Shown here piece after piece: positions 19,101-29,892 of a stretch of 64,000 nucleotides of DNA. The stretch is from assembly GCA_000091205.1 (NCBI GenBank), contig AP006499.2. The stretch is one strand, 5' to 3'. The stretch's first letter is position 1; the number at the start of each line of letters is the position of its first letter. The notes below the pieces were generated by a model. That model searched no databases and was not told the origin of the DNA. It worked only from the letters and a program-made list of their open reading frames with translations. This stretch comes from Cyanidioschyzon merolae (taxonomy: Eukaryota). Made by a program: the position numbers and the translations under genes.

Positions 19101-20410
19101 GCGGTTCCTGTTGGCGTCACGACGCAGAAGAGGTGCATGTTGCCTCGACAGCACGTGCAGATGCGCTTTCGGACAGGTCGTTGCCGGCGTCGCAGCAGAC
19201 AACGGAGCTGGACGCAAAGGATGTTCAGTATGGAGGCGAGCGTCTGCGACGTGCAATTGTGGATGCGAGGGGCCATGAGGAGTGGCTGGATGCACACGTC
19301 GCCGATGCTTTGCTGCTCTTTCGGAAGCGACGTGCACGCCTCTGGTCGAGCTTGACAAAGCGTCGCAATCGAGTGCGACGAGTGGCGCTCTCCCGCTCCC
19401 TGAATAAACAGGAACGCCAGGTAGTGGATTTCGTTGGAGCCTTATTTCTTGCGCAGGAGGAAGCTGAGCGTATGAACTTCCCCGGCATGGTGCCTGAGCA
19501 GGATTCAGATCCTGCTATATCCAAGCCAGCAGATGTTGCTTCGGCAATAGCCCGGTTAGATTCAGCGACGGGTAGAATGCGTGCAGTGGAATTGCCTCCG
19601 GGCGAGCCGTCTCCATCGAGCACCACTGCGCGATTGGAGGCAGGCTCGCAGTTGCCAGGCCGACAGTTGCTTGAAATGGAGGACACGGGTACTGCGTCGA
19701 AAATCCAATCGCTTGCGGAATCGACGAGGCGATCAGAAGCGCATACATCTGGAGGCTATGCACCGCAGCAACGCGACGAGCGACAACGACACGACAGTGC
19801 CGTGTCGCCCATGGAGGAAATCGCACCACGGTATAACAGCTCCGCAACAGCAGTAGCTGCTGCTGCTGTTGCTGTTGCAGATGATGATGATGATGCACTC
19901 GACCAAACGACGGGGATCGTAGAGCGCGTGCCTCGTCACGTACCGGGCGGAGAGCATGAAGCGTTGCCGCTCTACCCATCCACGCATTCGGAAATGAAAC
20001 TGCGCATATCAAGCCTGGCGGGTTCGCGGGCAGCTGCCACCGCGGACGCTGGCCTTGGTGTTGCTGCCGAGCATCCAACTGATACCTCGCCCAACGCAAT
20101 CGAACAAGCAGCACAGCCGGTAAGGGAGAAGGGCGGCCGCCGTCGCCATCGGCGCGTCCACCATCGCATACCCCCTGATGAGGAGGAGTCGATCGTGCGG
20201 GAGCTTTCACAGCTGGCGACGTACACAGAGGCGCATCCGCTTTTCGCGTCCTCTATTCAGAAACCAATCCACACCTCCCATGCGATCGGATTGCCGATAG
20301 ATGATTTTGTGCATTTCTCGAGTTACCTTTTCGCTTTACGCGAGACACTGAATGTGTTCGACTTTGCTGCGCGCATGATCGCTCGCCAGCCTGCGATGTC
20401 GTCGCCCTGA
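16142..20410 (+). CDS. large integral membrane protein with two 5-6-TM domains, FUSC/ALMT(ArAE)-like, plus a long disordered C-terminal tail
   Basis: TM cluster 1 spans residues ~35-230 (GFFLTSLLVTVNDF..., YVWLRVICIFVIFIPISIL...). TM cluster 2 (...VVFFWKFFLLSATTLSVV...RVSGTIIGAALGFLVMF...VFVLYILFYLAHL...) resembles the duplicated FUSC fold. The tail is Ala/Asp-rich (AAAAVAVADDDDDA). The ORF track starts at 16046; M at 16142 (MFIFHPNVV) is the likely start. Confidence 0.45.
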   Translation: MFIFHPNVVRAALAAKLTLGFFLTSLLVTVNDFREQLSCWAPLLYTILVGPLSEFSYTGAIQRTVSGLLYGSLLGTACAAVVFFLARYYVWLRVICIFVIFIPISILRLSDQHALFSIFTAVALGLVLNAALVSQALESDTSTASNIGRSLAETTSSVQSLMRQFCISASVAYVVGVFIGVVVLPVPASAALRDRLERVLQELGKQASALASELFGLVAQAEGAWREIQRHSKKTSGEAASTEELQDSDGMLSATTTTMATSAQSPLSGLRGNGKRVEQCFSVDFTFLDEEDYAALHEEGALFLQEQVWELQSLVGFAYREWTFPEVTCDLSITAWARMILAVREIVSRLAGVECILSERRRRSGYSMGLALDQLFRQSLVDVMRMWAIISASCYQLSGMLADSHWRWYRWTAQRHLGKRSRHRAFSVLKTLLETKSLMRIRQSALASGLVGYEKYWQQMMMLYQQQQQHDHCNDRNAYKLDRNGSRCTALFAEDVSAAWFSAIMMHRILDAVLEAYHAAEAFAPPPETSALPLSGRLRSGADRVRTLLFNLVSEFFALPIQIGTDVLQLGLRLRVLRWNDVREMLRTHHWQVVFFWKFFLLSATTLSVVTSIPNKTALRSDWNIIWLYYSVIITARPTTESAVSIGLMRVSGTIIGAALGFLVMFRPVIGTNAYAVTALSVFVLYILFYLAHLNRHKWLQYASRVGVLTYTLVVMCQYQGVNYVAQWQYALSRCVMTCAGVLLAVLVVAALSPRMAVRESRQTLGQVFRAAAEAARSFHAVYVTRDTSTQLPARLDPAFLLEHYSNFSSLMRSPSLVTLLREHDAADETRQRRAARATTANAAADAEATSTQALNSFSDRAASLLLQRITTDLMVARAAVRPAFGGNTQFTMWRSGLFSAPQYILRGIDSSWLLLLRLEVIEGVLERPPIYTNRYTGAAIRLFIQPLESEWRALFDALHALSEAIHAYLSAFSLWHDLGLERACRCGSCWRHDAEEVHVASTARADALSDRSLPASQQTTELDAKDVQYGGERLRRAIVDARGHEEWLDAHVADALLLFRKRRARLWSSLTKRRNRVRRVALSRSLNKQERQVVDFVGALFLAQEEAERMNFPGMVPEQDSDPAISKPADVASAIARLDSATGRMRAVELPPGEPSPSSTTARLEAGSQLPGRQLLEMEDTGTASKIQSLAESTRRSEAHTSGGYAPQQRDERQRHDSAVSPMEEIAPRYNSSATAVAAAAVAVADDDDDALDQTTGIVERVPRHVPGGEHEALPLYPSTHSEMKLRISSLAGSRAAATADAGLGVAAEHPTDTSPNAIEQAAQPVREKGGRRRHRRVHHRIPPDEEESIVRELSQLATYTEAHPLFASSIQKPIHTSHAIGLPIDDFVHFSSYLFALRETLNVFDFAARMIARQPAMSSP

Positions 20411-21179
20411 TCGCCTCTCTGCTTTGCTATGTCAGGTACCCGTGACCTGTTGAGGTCAGCGGTTTGCATCAGATCCTGAGCCGGCGATTGTTTGGTAGGT
20501 TTCTCGTCGTCGTTGGCGCTGCCGCACAATGGGCGCGGCTCTCGAAGCGGCGCGTGCGCACTCACCGCTCATCAGGTATTGCTTCGGGTGCCATAGAGGG
20601 CGCAGCAAATGCGCAGAAAACGCCCAGCTTGCGCTTGGTACCCGCCTGTTTGCCGGGTCGATTGCATCCCGACCCTCGATGGGAACACCGGTCCGAGAGT
20701 AGACCCGTCTGGTGTTATCGGTGGAGGTGCGTTTCTCTCGCTACACTAGTATGGAACTAAAATGGAATACCGAATGACTGGCTCTCTTCCTGCTAGTTCA
20801 AATTTTTACGAACATGGGTAGATATACAGAAAGTCCAAGTCACGCAGTAATGGCTTACGAATTCCTAAGCGGGTGTAGGAATCTCACTCGTGGTTCCGGA
20901 GAATCTGCTTTGACATTTTTGCCCATGGAATTCTTCGCGTCACCGGAATCCATGTGATTTGCAATGTCCTCGAGCACGCGTTCGTAAAATAACCAATAGT
21001 ATGACCCAAATCATATGTGCAAGCGTGCACGCTACTCAATTCCTTACGTAGAGCACGCTCAAATCCCATATGCTTCAATGCTGCGAGTGCTCCATCTTAT
21101 TGCAACGCGGGAGTTCAGCGATTCACGTTGCCAGATTGACGAGGAAGAGTACTCAATGACGTCCCCGGACGATACGATT

Positions 21180-21790
21180 ATAGGCTCACGCTGAAAGATT
21201 CATGAACATTTCAGATCGAGGAGTCGATTGCTCTCGAAAGGCGAATCCTCATCTGTTTGACGCCATCGATGATACGGTACTCTAAAGCAACATGCTACCT
21301 GTAATGGTATAGGTTCCCAAGCACTTGCACATCTTTTGCATGCACGAAACCGGATACTGGACACGGATTTAAGGCATCGCTGGAATCGCATCCACTGGAG
21401 AGCGCGTTACCGCTTTGCCGGATGCGAGCGTAGAGGCATCGAAATTGCTCGATTTGATTTCCAGCTCGGATTTGCCTTCCGGTACTCGTTTCATCAAGGC
21501 CAAGATCGCTTTCCGCAAAACCTCTATCGAAGGACTTGCGTGCTCTTGCGTGTGCAGCGTACAGAGTACTCACGTTGTGCATCGCCCAGAACAAGTCTAT
21601 GATCGTAGGATACGTCACCGGGTAAAGAAATAGAGACGGACTTTGAAGCGATCCTTTTGTGCGCGTCAAGAGCAAGTGCCGGGCGACGAAACAAGGGTTC
21701 ACACCTCCAGCAAGGCGCACAGAGGCCGAGGCACAGTGAACGTACGAGAACACGTGTCTGTTTTCAAGCGTCACCGTACCGAAGGTCGTA
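21180..21790 (-). repeat. ~600-bp dispersed repeat, copy B (inverted relative to copy A)
   Basis: See copy A. The reverse complement of 21181-21240 (ctttcgagagcaatcgactcctcgatctgaaatgttcatgaatc...) aligns with 15082-15140. Confidence 0.65.
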
Positions 21791-22173
21791 TCGAGGCTCC
21801 AAATAAAAATTGATGCAAATATCTGGTGAAGCGTAGATTGCAACTACCGTCCGTGCATTCAATCCGTAGAAATCAACCGGGAGGTGCGAAATCCGGATTT
21901 TGACGCTGCCAACGACGTTTTTCGAGTGCGAACAACAGATGTAGAGGGAAAGGAGACACGGATACGTCCCAAGTCGGGAGTAAACGATTTGGAAAGGACG
22001 CAGCCCCCGAACAATCGACCAAATTCTGGTATCCATGACATAACGAAGAGATCATAGCTTAAGCGTCAACGCTCGTGTTCGGTAAGCAGTCCTTTCCGAT
22101 TTGATGCCGACTCGGGTAAAGGCGTCACAAAATCCGAGCATCTGCGTCTGCGGAGCAATCGGCCCAAGATCAG

Positions 22174-22195
22174 TCGATCGATCGATCGATCGATC
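22174..22195. repeat. (TCGA)n microsatellite, ~5.5 units
   Basis: tcgatcgatcgatcgatcgatc. Confidence 0.9.
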
Positions 22196-22331
22196 ATTCC
22201 AGGTCGATGTCATGGCATTTCTAGATATGTATCTCTTATTCCCAAAAATACATTTATGTACGGAATTTAGCTCAGCATGATGGGTCCCGCTGCCGGGAGC
22301 GCCATCACCGTTCATCTTTGAATGGACGGCT

Positions 22332-23861
22332 ATGAAAGACATCCGCAACCCATGCGGTTTGCTCACCGTCGGACGTGATCCTGCCCCGGGCATATCCACA
22401 ATAACCTCGTTCCTCAAGCCACCGCGCTCCTGTTTTAAGTCAAGTGCGGCACCCTGGCACAAAAACATGGAGAGAGGCGCCTTCGCATTCACGTCCTCGT
22501 CTCCAATGAACCCGGGTGGTCGATTACTTTCATCTGGCTTGGGATCAGAATCACACGCAACGGAACCTGCTGTTCACTACGACGATAGTTTGCGACTCTC
22601 CGCAGTTGGTCTCGACGCTGTGTATCACGTGCGCACTACAAGCGCGTCTGCTGGCCAAAGTGAAAACTCAGCGGACTCGAGATTCATAGGGCCAGCGTCC
22701 GCCATACTACGAGCACGAAGGACGGGAGTCTCTGCCTGGAATAACGGCTCGTCCGTGTACGAAAAGTCTTCGTTCACCCAATCCGGTTGGCTGGGTCGGA
22801 CGGCGCCCTCGGAGGAGAGCGCCGAGCCGGACTCGTCCTCGGTGTCGTCGCTTGCTGTAGCGAACACGGTACGCGCTTTGGTGCACCCGCTGTACGTCTC
22901 GGCGCTGTCGGGACTGCGTTGGTTGGGCACTTTCCGCGGCGTACAAGCGTTCCGCTCGCGCTTGCTTTCCTATAATATGCTGAACAGTGATGAGGCTGTT
23001 GAGCGGGCGGTTACAACCTGCTGTGCGCAAGCTGGTTGCGAGCCGGTCACGCCCACGCTGAAATCAACAACCTCTGTGGATCGCGAGCTGCGCGCACTCA
23101 TCAACAAACTGTTTGTGCGCCACCTGTCTAACGACGGGCGCTGGGTAGACTATCAAGCACTAATGCTGGACAAGGACTTTGTCAATTTTGTGAGTCTGAC
23201 GCGTGGCCTCCGAGACCTGGACGTTCTCGAGATGAGCCGAGCGCGCCGCCTCGCGTTTTTCCTCAATATATATAATGCGCTCCTTATCCATGCGATAACG
23301 ATCCTGGGCCGACCACGTAGCTTCGTTGCACGCTTCCGATTCTTCCAGACTGCTTCGTACTGTATAGGCGGTCATTTGTACAGCTTGAATGATATCGAGA
23401 ATGGCGTTTTACGAGGGAATCGGGCACCTCCGTATCCTTTTGCTTCGAAACCTTTCGGCGAGCTTGGCTCTGGCGACATTAGAGCACAAGCGATGATCAC
23501 TGGCGGCGATCCGCGCATCCATTTTGGCCTCAATTGTGGGGCGCGCTCGTGTCCGCCCATTCGGGCTTACGACGAGTCTAACGTGGACCAGGCGCTGGAG
23601 GCTGCCACCGCGAACTTTATACGGGACAACGTGAAAATAGTCTCCGAGAATCATGTTGAACTCAGTCGAATTTTCTTATGGTACGCATCAGACTTTGGAT
23701 CAAACGTGATCTGGTGGATTCTCAAACACTGGCCCCTGAAAACCGAAGAGGATATGCAGAACTACCGACGAATTGTACAATGGGTAGAGAGCGGCCAACT
23801 CCGTATCACGTATTCAAAGTATGATTGGGCTTTGAACGAGGTCACCGAGAATGAGCGCTGA
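22332..23861 (+). CDS. DUF547 domain-containing protein
   Basis: LAFFLNIYNALLIHAI ... GGHLYSLNDIENGVLRGN ... DPRIHFGLNCGARSCPPIRAY ... SRIFLWYASDFG match the DUF547 consensus. The N-terminal ~250 aa are S-rich and low-complexity, so the start is uncertain. Confidence 0.7.
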   Translation: MKDIRNPCGLLTVGRDPAPGISTITSFLKPPRSCFKSSAAPWHKNMERGAFAFTSSSPMNPGGRLLSSGLGSESHATEPAVHYDDSLRLSAVGLDAVYHVRTTSASAGQSENSADSRFIGPASAILRARRTGVSAWNNGSSVYEKSSFTQSGWLGRTAPSEESAEPDSSSVSSLAVANTVRALVHPLYVSALSGLRWLGTFRGVQAFRSRLLSYNMLNSDEAVERAVTTCCAQAGCEPVTPTLKSTTSVDRELRALINKLFVRHLSNDGRWVDYQALMLDKDFVNFVSLTRGLRDLDVLEMSRARRLAFFLNIYNALLIHAITILGRPRSFVARFRFFQTASYCIGGHLYSLNDIENGVLRGNRAPPYPFASKPFGELGSGDIRAQAMITGGDPRIHFGLNCGARSCPPIRAYDESNVDQALEAATANFIRDNVKIVSENHVELSRIFLWYASDFGSNVIWWILKHWPLKTEEDMQNYRRIVQWVESGQLRITYSKYDWALNEVTENER

Positions 23862-26793
23862 GCTCATGGCGTACTCGAAATATTGCACTGTTTGGAGCCG
23901 AGGCAGGATCGCTCCGTTTGAAGAGAACGCTCATGGAGCATCCCTTTCGGATAGCAGTGGAAGAGTTGTTGGACAAGAAAGCAGGTGCGGCCGCTTTTAC
24001 ATGAGTGTATGCGTGCGTGTCTGTGTAATTTAGCTGAAAACAGCATACCAATGCCAAGTAGTCGAGTGGGGAAATCGCTTCCCTGTCCAATACGACGCTC
24101 GACAGGTTCGTATTCCCGTAGACGCGGTACGTGATGTGGATTCTTGGTGGCAGGCGACGCGCTCACCTTGAGAAAAAGCATGCGGCACGATCTTGCAGTG
24201 CGCTAGCGACAAGCCGCATATGCCGTAAATGAGTTCTCTTCCCAGTATACAAGAAAATGCAACAGAAACTGCACTAGCAAGTGCGCATCGGTCACCGAAG
24301 AGCCCCCATCAAACGCAAAGCGCCGTTCGCTGGTGCGCTTGCACCCGCTTGGTGCCCCCAGGAGACTCGCGACGCTGTGTTGAGAGCGCAGCCTCACATC
24401 GGTACTTGGTACCCGAAATCTGCATGTGTACTGCCGCCTCGTTCTCATGCGTCAGTGAAATCACTGATGCCACTGAGCGCAGGTCGAGCCCGCAACGCTT
24501 CACGCTGCCCAAGCAATTCCGAATGTCGAGTTCGTCTGCGTCGATTCGTCTGATCGCACTGGATACCTGCCGTCGCTGCAAACACGTATTCAGGGATGCG
24601 CACTGCCGTCATCGGAAGGCCACCGAACGGTAAAAACTTTAGCTGGCGTACGGCTTTCTATTGCTCATACGGAGACTAGACAAAACTATCAGAGATATCC
24701 GCTCGGCGCTAACGAGTTCGAGGCATTGGCTGATCTCGAGACTCGTTTCCGTACAATGCAGATGGAATCGAGTGCGCACAAAAATACATTTACACGACAT
24801 GCAGTCATTCGGAATGAAGCCGGTGACGTTTTCATTACAAATAACCGAATGTTACAGCCAGTTTGCGGCATGAGCTGGTGTCGTGAGCGCGCACAGAGAC
24901 TCCATCTGGTGCACGTCGCACCAAAGCAGTGCATGTGACAGCTGAGAAGATGCTTCAGGGCGCACTTTATGCGCTTCATGAGGACGATCTCCGAACCGCA
25001 AACACACGCAACGTCTCCTCCTGCCGCCGCTGTCGATCGATGCTTTGGACCCAATCAAAAATCATCGCTCAAAGTAGCGACCAGGAGCATCTTATGCATT
25101 CGCTTTCCAACCAGAGGATATCGGAAACATGGCCTGTTGGCCTAGAGCGTCGCTATGCTCTTTCGAGGAAAGCGATGCAAACACGAGACCAGACCCGCAC
25201 GCTCGGAGCGTACCAACAGATCACAGGGACGGATCACGCCAACGCAGCAAGTCTTGATGTCGAGCGATTGCATTGCCGGTCTGCAGTGACATCGCATCCA
25301 GGCAGACATCTCTTCTGTAGACGCCTTGTTACCGTCCAGCGAGGCACGATCCAAGCACAGTCCGCTGCATTCACATCGAATGATCGCCCATGCTGTCCTT
25401 GTTATCGAACGCTCACAGCGTACTGTTCTGTGCCTCCTCCAGCAGGCCTATATGCGCATAGCGCGTATCGACCCGGAGCCTGATGTTCTACATCTGGAGC
25501 CAACGCACGCAAAGGCAACAAAAAGCAGTCCTGTTTGCGCACTGCGTCATTGGTGACGTAACTAGTACGTGAGCATGCACGTGCAGTACACGTCACCGCC
25601 ACAGCGTTGCACGAGCAATGCAACCTTAGTACCCAAGGAGTGCATTGCTCGGGAGGACGTGCAACGTGAAAAGGTTTGCGGTGCAGTTGTACAATAATAC
25701 CGTGTCCACCAACGATAAAAGCGGCTCCGGAGAAACTCCAACATATTCACGGTTCGTTCACCAGGAGAAATCTCATCAGTAATGGAGCCATCGATGGCGT
25801 TTCTCGAAACGTGACGTTCTCGGGCCTTCACGCGCGCCCTGAGGCGTTTCAAGAAGCTGAACTCGAGCGTCACTTAGTGTTGAAAAAGGTCTTGTTCTCC
25901 GGCTTGCTTCCCGTATACAGCGCGCGTCGTTCCTGAGCGCTGGAATCAGCCGGAGCAAATTGCAGTGCAATAGCCAACGAGTCTACCGGATACAAATTCC
26001 TGTTTTTCAGGTAGACAGCGGCAGCGGTACCAGTCTGCTCAAGTAGCCGGAATAGCCAGCTCGCACTGTCACTAGACAGGGCAAAAATAAATTTTCCGTT
26101 CCATACTCTGCGGTGTCAGTCTTCGAAATCCGTGAGGGTGCTACCGGCAGCAAGGGGTGCAATTCACGTACGCACGAAGCGTGCCGCTGTTATCACTGAC
26201 ACACGGTGCCGGGAACAACCAGGAGTCCGGCCCGTGCCGTACCCAAAAATCTGCTCCAACTGCTGACCCGCGCACTAAATTTCTTGTCATATGGTTCTTC
26301 AGCTTCATCAAACTCGAGTCGCACTTCCACAAAGGAGTCCACTTTGCCCATATGCTATTTCCTGCACGGGTACACTGCAGAACTTCATCGCGAAGTGCAC
26401 AAGCGTCCAACCTGAGCAAGAGGTCTCCGGCGGGAAACTGCAGCCAGACACCCTTATCTTTATGGTGCACAAATCCTTTTTCGAACCAGGTTCCCACGAG
26501 ATCCGTCAACGCCTCTAGTCCCCGAAAACATGCAAGGCGCGACGCTGGTATGCGTCACCGCTCCGCACGTGGCTACAAACCCGCACGCGCTACGGAAGCC
26601 TGCACAGTGCGTTGGACATGATTTGTCCATGTTGAAACATTTGATATCGTATTAAGACGAATCCACCAGACATGAACAGTTATCTGTCCGTTTCGTATCA
26701 TCATTTTCAGTATTTTCCGATATCAAACTTCTCCGCTGGTGGCGGCCTCCAGGGCGAGACTGCAGCTGGCATCGCGCGGCTCATCGGGGCAGC

Positions 26794-26804
26794 GGAATCT
26801 TCGA
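26794..26804 (+). promoter_or_regulatory. candidate heat-shock element (GGAAtCTTCga, two inverted nGAAn units) ~180 bp upstream of the HSP60 ATG
   Basis: Matches nGAAnnTTCn. Only two contiguous units, so support is weak. Confidence 0.25.
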
Positions 26805-26981
26805 CGGGTTTCCGCGGACGCACGCCGCTGGGACGCCATCCTAGACGGAAGCATTCTAGGTACCGCTGGCCCCAGCACGACCCGGGTGTGTGCGTAGGTG
26901 CATTCGACGTGTGTCGTACGAGGGTACAGAGCTTCAAGTATTTTGCTCGTTGAAGGATCTTTGTTCAGGGTACACAAAACG

Positions 26982-27518
26982 ATGCAAAGCATTGCCTGCT
27001 CTGGTACAGTGCAGTCACTGAGACGCCTGGTCTCCGTCGGTACGCTGGGGTGCGCACAGGCTTCATCACGACGCTGGCTCGCTAGCGGCAAGGACCTTCG
27101 CTTCGGCTCAGAGGCAAGAAACCTGATGCTTCGCGGTGTAGATCTGTTGGCAGACGCCGTCCAGACGACCCTGGGTCCCAAGGGAAGGAACGTGGTCATC
27201 GACATGAGCTACGGATCCCCGAAGATCACCAAGGACGGTGTCACCGTTGCACGAAACATCGAGTTCCGCGACAAGCACCTGAATTTGGGCGCACAGCTCG
27301 TGCGGGCGGTGGCCTCGGCAACGAATGATGCAGCAGGTGACGGAACTACGACGGCGACTGTACTGACACGAGCTATTTTCACGGAAGGTGTGAAAGCGGT
27401 AGCAGCGGGCCTAAATCCTATGGATCTCAAACGTGGCATTGATCTGGCCGTAGAGAAGGTGCTCGAAAAGCTCAAGGAATATTCGAAGGAGATCGGCGGC
27501 AAGAATGAAATCAAACAA
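26982..27518 (+). CDS. HSP60: mitochondrial chaperonin HSP60/CPN60, exon 1
   Basis: [18 protein letters not shown]... presequence, then [51 protein letters not shown]...[16 protein letters not shown]. The exon ends ...GGKNEIKQ and is followed by GTAAGT. Confidence 0.9.
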
Positions 27519-27783
27519 GTAAGTTTACGATGATGCAGCGGGCAACGACTCGACACGAACGATAGGATGGCCGGGGGGCGGCAGCCGTGCTGGGCCCCGC
27601 CGCCTCCCTCCGATGAAATCCTGAAGCGGCTCACTTGACCGCTCATGCAGTTTTGTCATAGTTACGCTGATCGTTCACGTCGACGCGCTGTCTACATGTG
27701 GGATACAAGGCCTTGTAGGGCCTGTACAGAGCAATCGAATCAGAACAAGCAAACTAACCGTGCGTGGGAGAAACGCCTTGTAG
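27519..27783 (+). other. HSP60: spliceosomal intron of HSP60 (GTAAGT ... TAG), 265 nt
   Basis: The donor caa|gtaagt is at 27519 and the acceptor ccttgtag|gtc ends at 27783. Splicing joins ...EIKQ to [20 protein letters not shown], restoring the canonical HSP60 sequence. Confidence 0.85.
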
Positions 27784-29007
27784 GTCGCAACAATCAGTGC
27801 AAATGGTGATGAGAAGATTGGCGAACTCATTGCAGAGGCTATGGACAAGGTTGGTCGCGAAGGAACCATTACGGTTGCGGACGGCAAGACCCTTACCGAT
27901 GAACTGGAAGTCGTCGAAGGCATGCGTTTTGATCGTGGCTACATCTCGCCGTACTTCATCACGGATGCCAAAAGTCAGAAATGCGAACTCGAGGATGTTC
28001 TGATTTTAACAGCGGAAAAGAAGGTGAGCAGCTTACAGTCCATTCTGCCGCTGCTGGAGCAGGTCGTCAAGGCACGACGTCCACTGCTCATCATTGCGGA
28101 AGACGTGGACTCCGAGGCGCTCGCTACCCTCGTTGTGAACAAGCTGCGCGGTGGCATTCAGGTCTGTGCAGTGAAGGCGCCAGGTTTTGGTGATAATCGC
28201 AAAGCGAACCTCATGGACATCGCTACGCTCACCGGTGGTGAAATGGTCTCCGATGAGCTCGATGTCAAGTTAGAGGACATGACCATTCATCGCCTCGGCA
28301 CCGCGAAGAAAGTCACTGTTAGCAAGGATGATACCATCATTCTTGACGGCGGCGGCGACAAGATGCAGGTCCAGAATCGCTGTGAGCAGATCCGTGCGGC
28401 AATCGAGAATGCGACCTCCGAGTATGAGAAAGAGAAACTTCAAGAGCGTTTAGCGAAACTTACCGGTGGCGTCGCCGTCATCAAGGTAGGTGGCGCTAGC
28501 GAAGTCGAGGTCGCTGAAAAGAAGGACCGCATTACGGACGCGCTGAATGCAACGCGTGCTGCCGTCGAGGAAGGTATCGTAGCTGGTGGCGGCACTGCGC
28601 TCCTGCGGGCAGGCAAAGATGCACTCGAGAACCTCCAAGGAAAAACCTTTGACCAGAACGTAGGTATCGATATTGTCCGCAAGGCGTTGCGAGTGCCCTG
28701 TATGGCGATCGCTCAAAACGCTGGCCATGAAGGCTCTGTCGTCGTCGAGAAAGTCCTCACGAGTTCCGATAAGAACCTCGGCTTCGACGCCGCTACCGGC
28801 AAGTATTGTGACCTCATCGCATCGGGTATCATTGATCCAACCAAGGTCGTGCGCACGGCGCTAGAGCGAGCGAGCAGTGTGGCAGGGCTCATGACCACCA
28901 CCGAGTGCATGGTTGTGGAACTCCCCAAGGAGGAAGCGAAAGCGTTTGGAGGTGCTGGCGGCGGCGGTGGCGGCATGGGTGGTATGGACAATATGGATAT
29001 GTATTGA
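27784..29007 (+). CDS. HSP60: mitochondrial chaperonin HSP60/CPN60, exon 2
   Basis: VATISANGD...GREGTITV...[12 protein letters not shown]...[13 protein letters not shown]...[13 protein letters not shown]...GIIDPTKV... with the C-terminal GGM repeat [19 protein letters not shown]. Confidence 0.9.
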   Translation, partial: VATISANGDEKIGELIAEAMDKVGREGTITVADGKTLTDELEVVEGMRFDRGYISPYFITDAKSQKCELEDVLILTAEKKVSSLQSILPLLEQVVKARRPLLIIAEDVDSEALATLVVNKLRGGIQVCAVKAPGFGDNRKANLMDIATLTGGEMVSDELDVKLEDMTIHRLGTAKKVTVSKDDTIILDGGGDKMQVQNRCEQIRAAIENATSEYEKEKLQERLAKLTGGVAVIKVGGASEVEVAEKKDRITDALNATRAAVEEGIVAGGGTALLRAGKDALENLQGKTFDQNVGIDIVRKALRVPCMAIAQNAGHEGSVVVEKVLTSSDKNLGFDAATGKYCDLIASGIIDPTKVVRTALERASSVAGLMTTTECMVVELPKEEAKAFGGAGGGGGGMGGMDNMDMY

Positions 29008-29892
29008 AGATGCGAATGCATACGATGTTTTACACGTTGTTGATTCTCCGCTAGAAACCCTAGACAGCGCGTAAACTTAGGTACCGGACGCTGTGCGCGG
29101 GTTGCTTTTGTTTCGGCGTCGCTCAGGCCACACGTCTCGATCAGTGTCCATCAGACGGCACTTCCTATTCGTCGGTGGCTCTTGGCATCGTTGAGGCGAT
29201 GACGCGAGCCACTGATATATGTGTGTGTGTACGAAGGTATCCATCATTGCGACTCGGGAGGACGGACCCTGCTGCATGAGCGTGTCTCGGTTGCTGTTGC
29301 TGCCGCGGCGGGGCAGTCGTACGAACGACATACCGCATCCTCTGTTTTTCATTTGTGTGTCGACTGGATCACCCCGCTGTTTCCAGGAATAAGCCAGCGA
29401 CGAATGCGTCGACAGAATTCCACGGTATTCGCTGTCTCCCGCTAACCAGGACGCTACGCCTCGTAACGAGTATCGCCAGAACAAGGTCCACAGATGGAAG
29501 AAAATCCTCAAGATTGCTTGCGTTTGAGGATGCTCTCTCCCGGTGCCTCCAGCAATGCAGAAACCAGCGATGATGGTAGCCATCGTACAATTGTCGATGG
29601 CAATGCATCATGCACCGGCGATGCAGCGACGTTCCGTCTGTAACATATCCTTGGCGACGCATCTGTATCGATTGATACCCATATCGTCTCTAAACAGTGA
29701 CCTGACCTAGTAGCGTGCTGTTGCTCCCGATGTGACTCGAGCTAGAAACTCGCCTCATAACGTCACATCATCTGTAATTGGGACGTTTCACGAACCCTAT
29801 ACGAACCTTGGGTATCGAGTCCAGCAGCAGCGCTCTGCATCCTCGAGAAGCACCGCGCGTTCGATCGCTCGCCACCACAAGCCAGGTCATAC

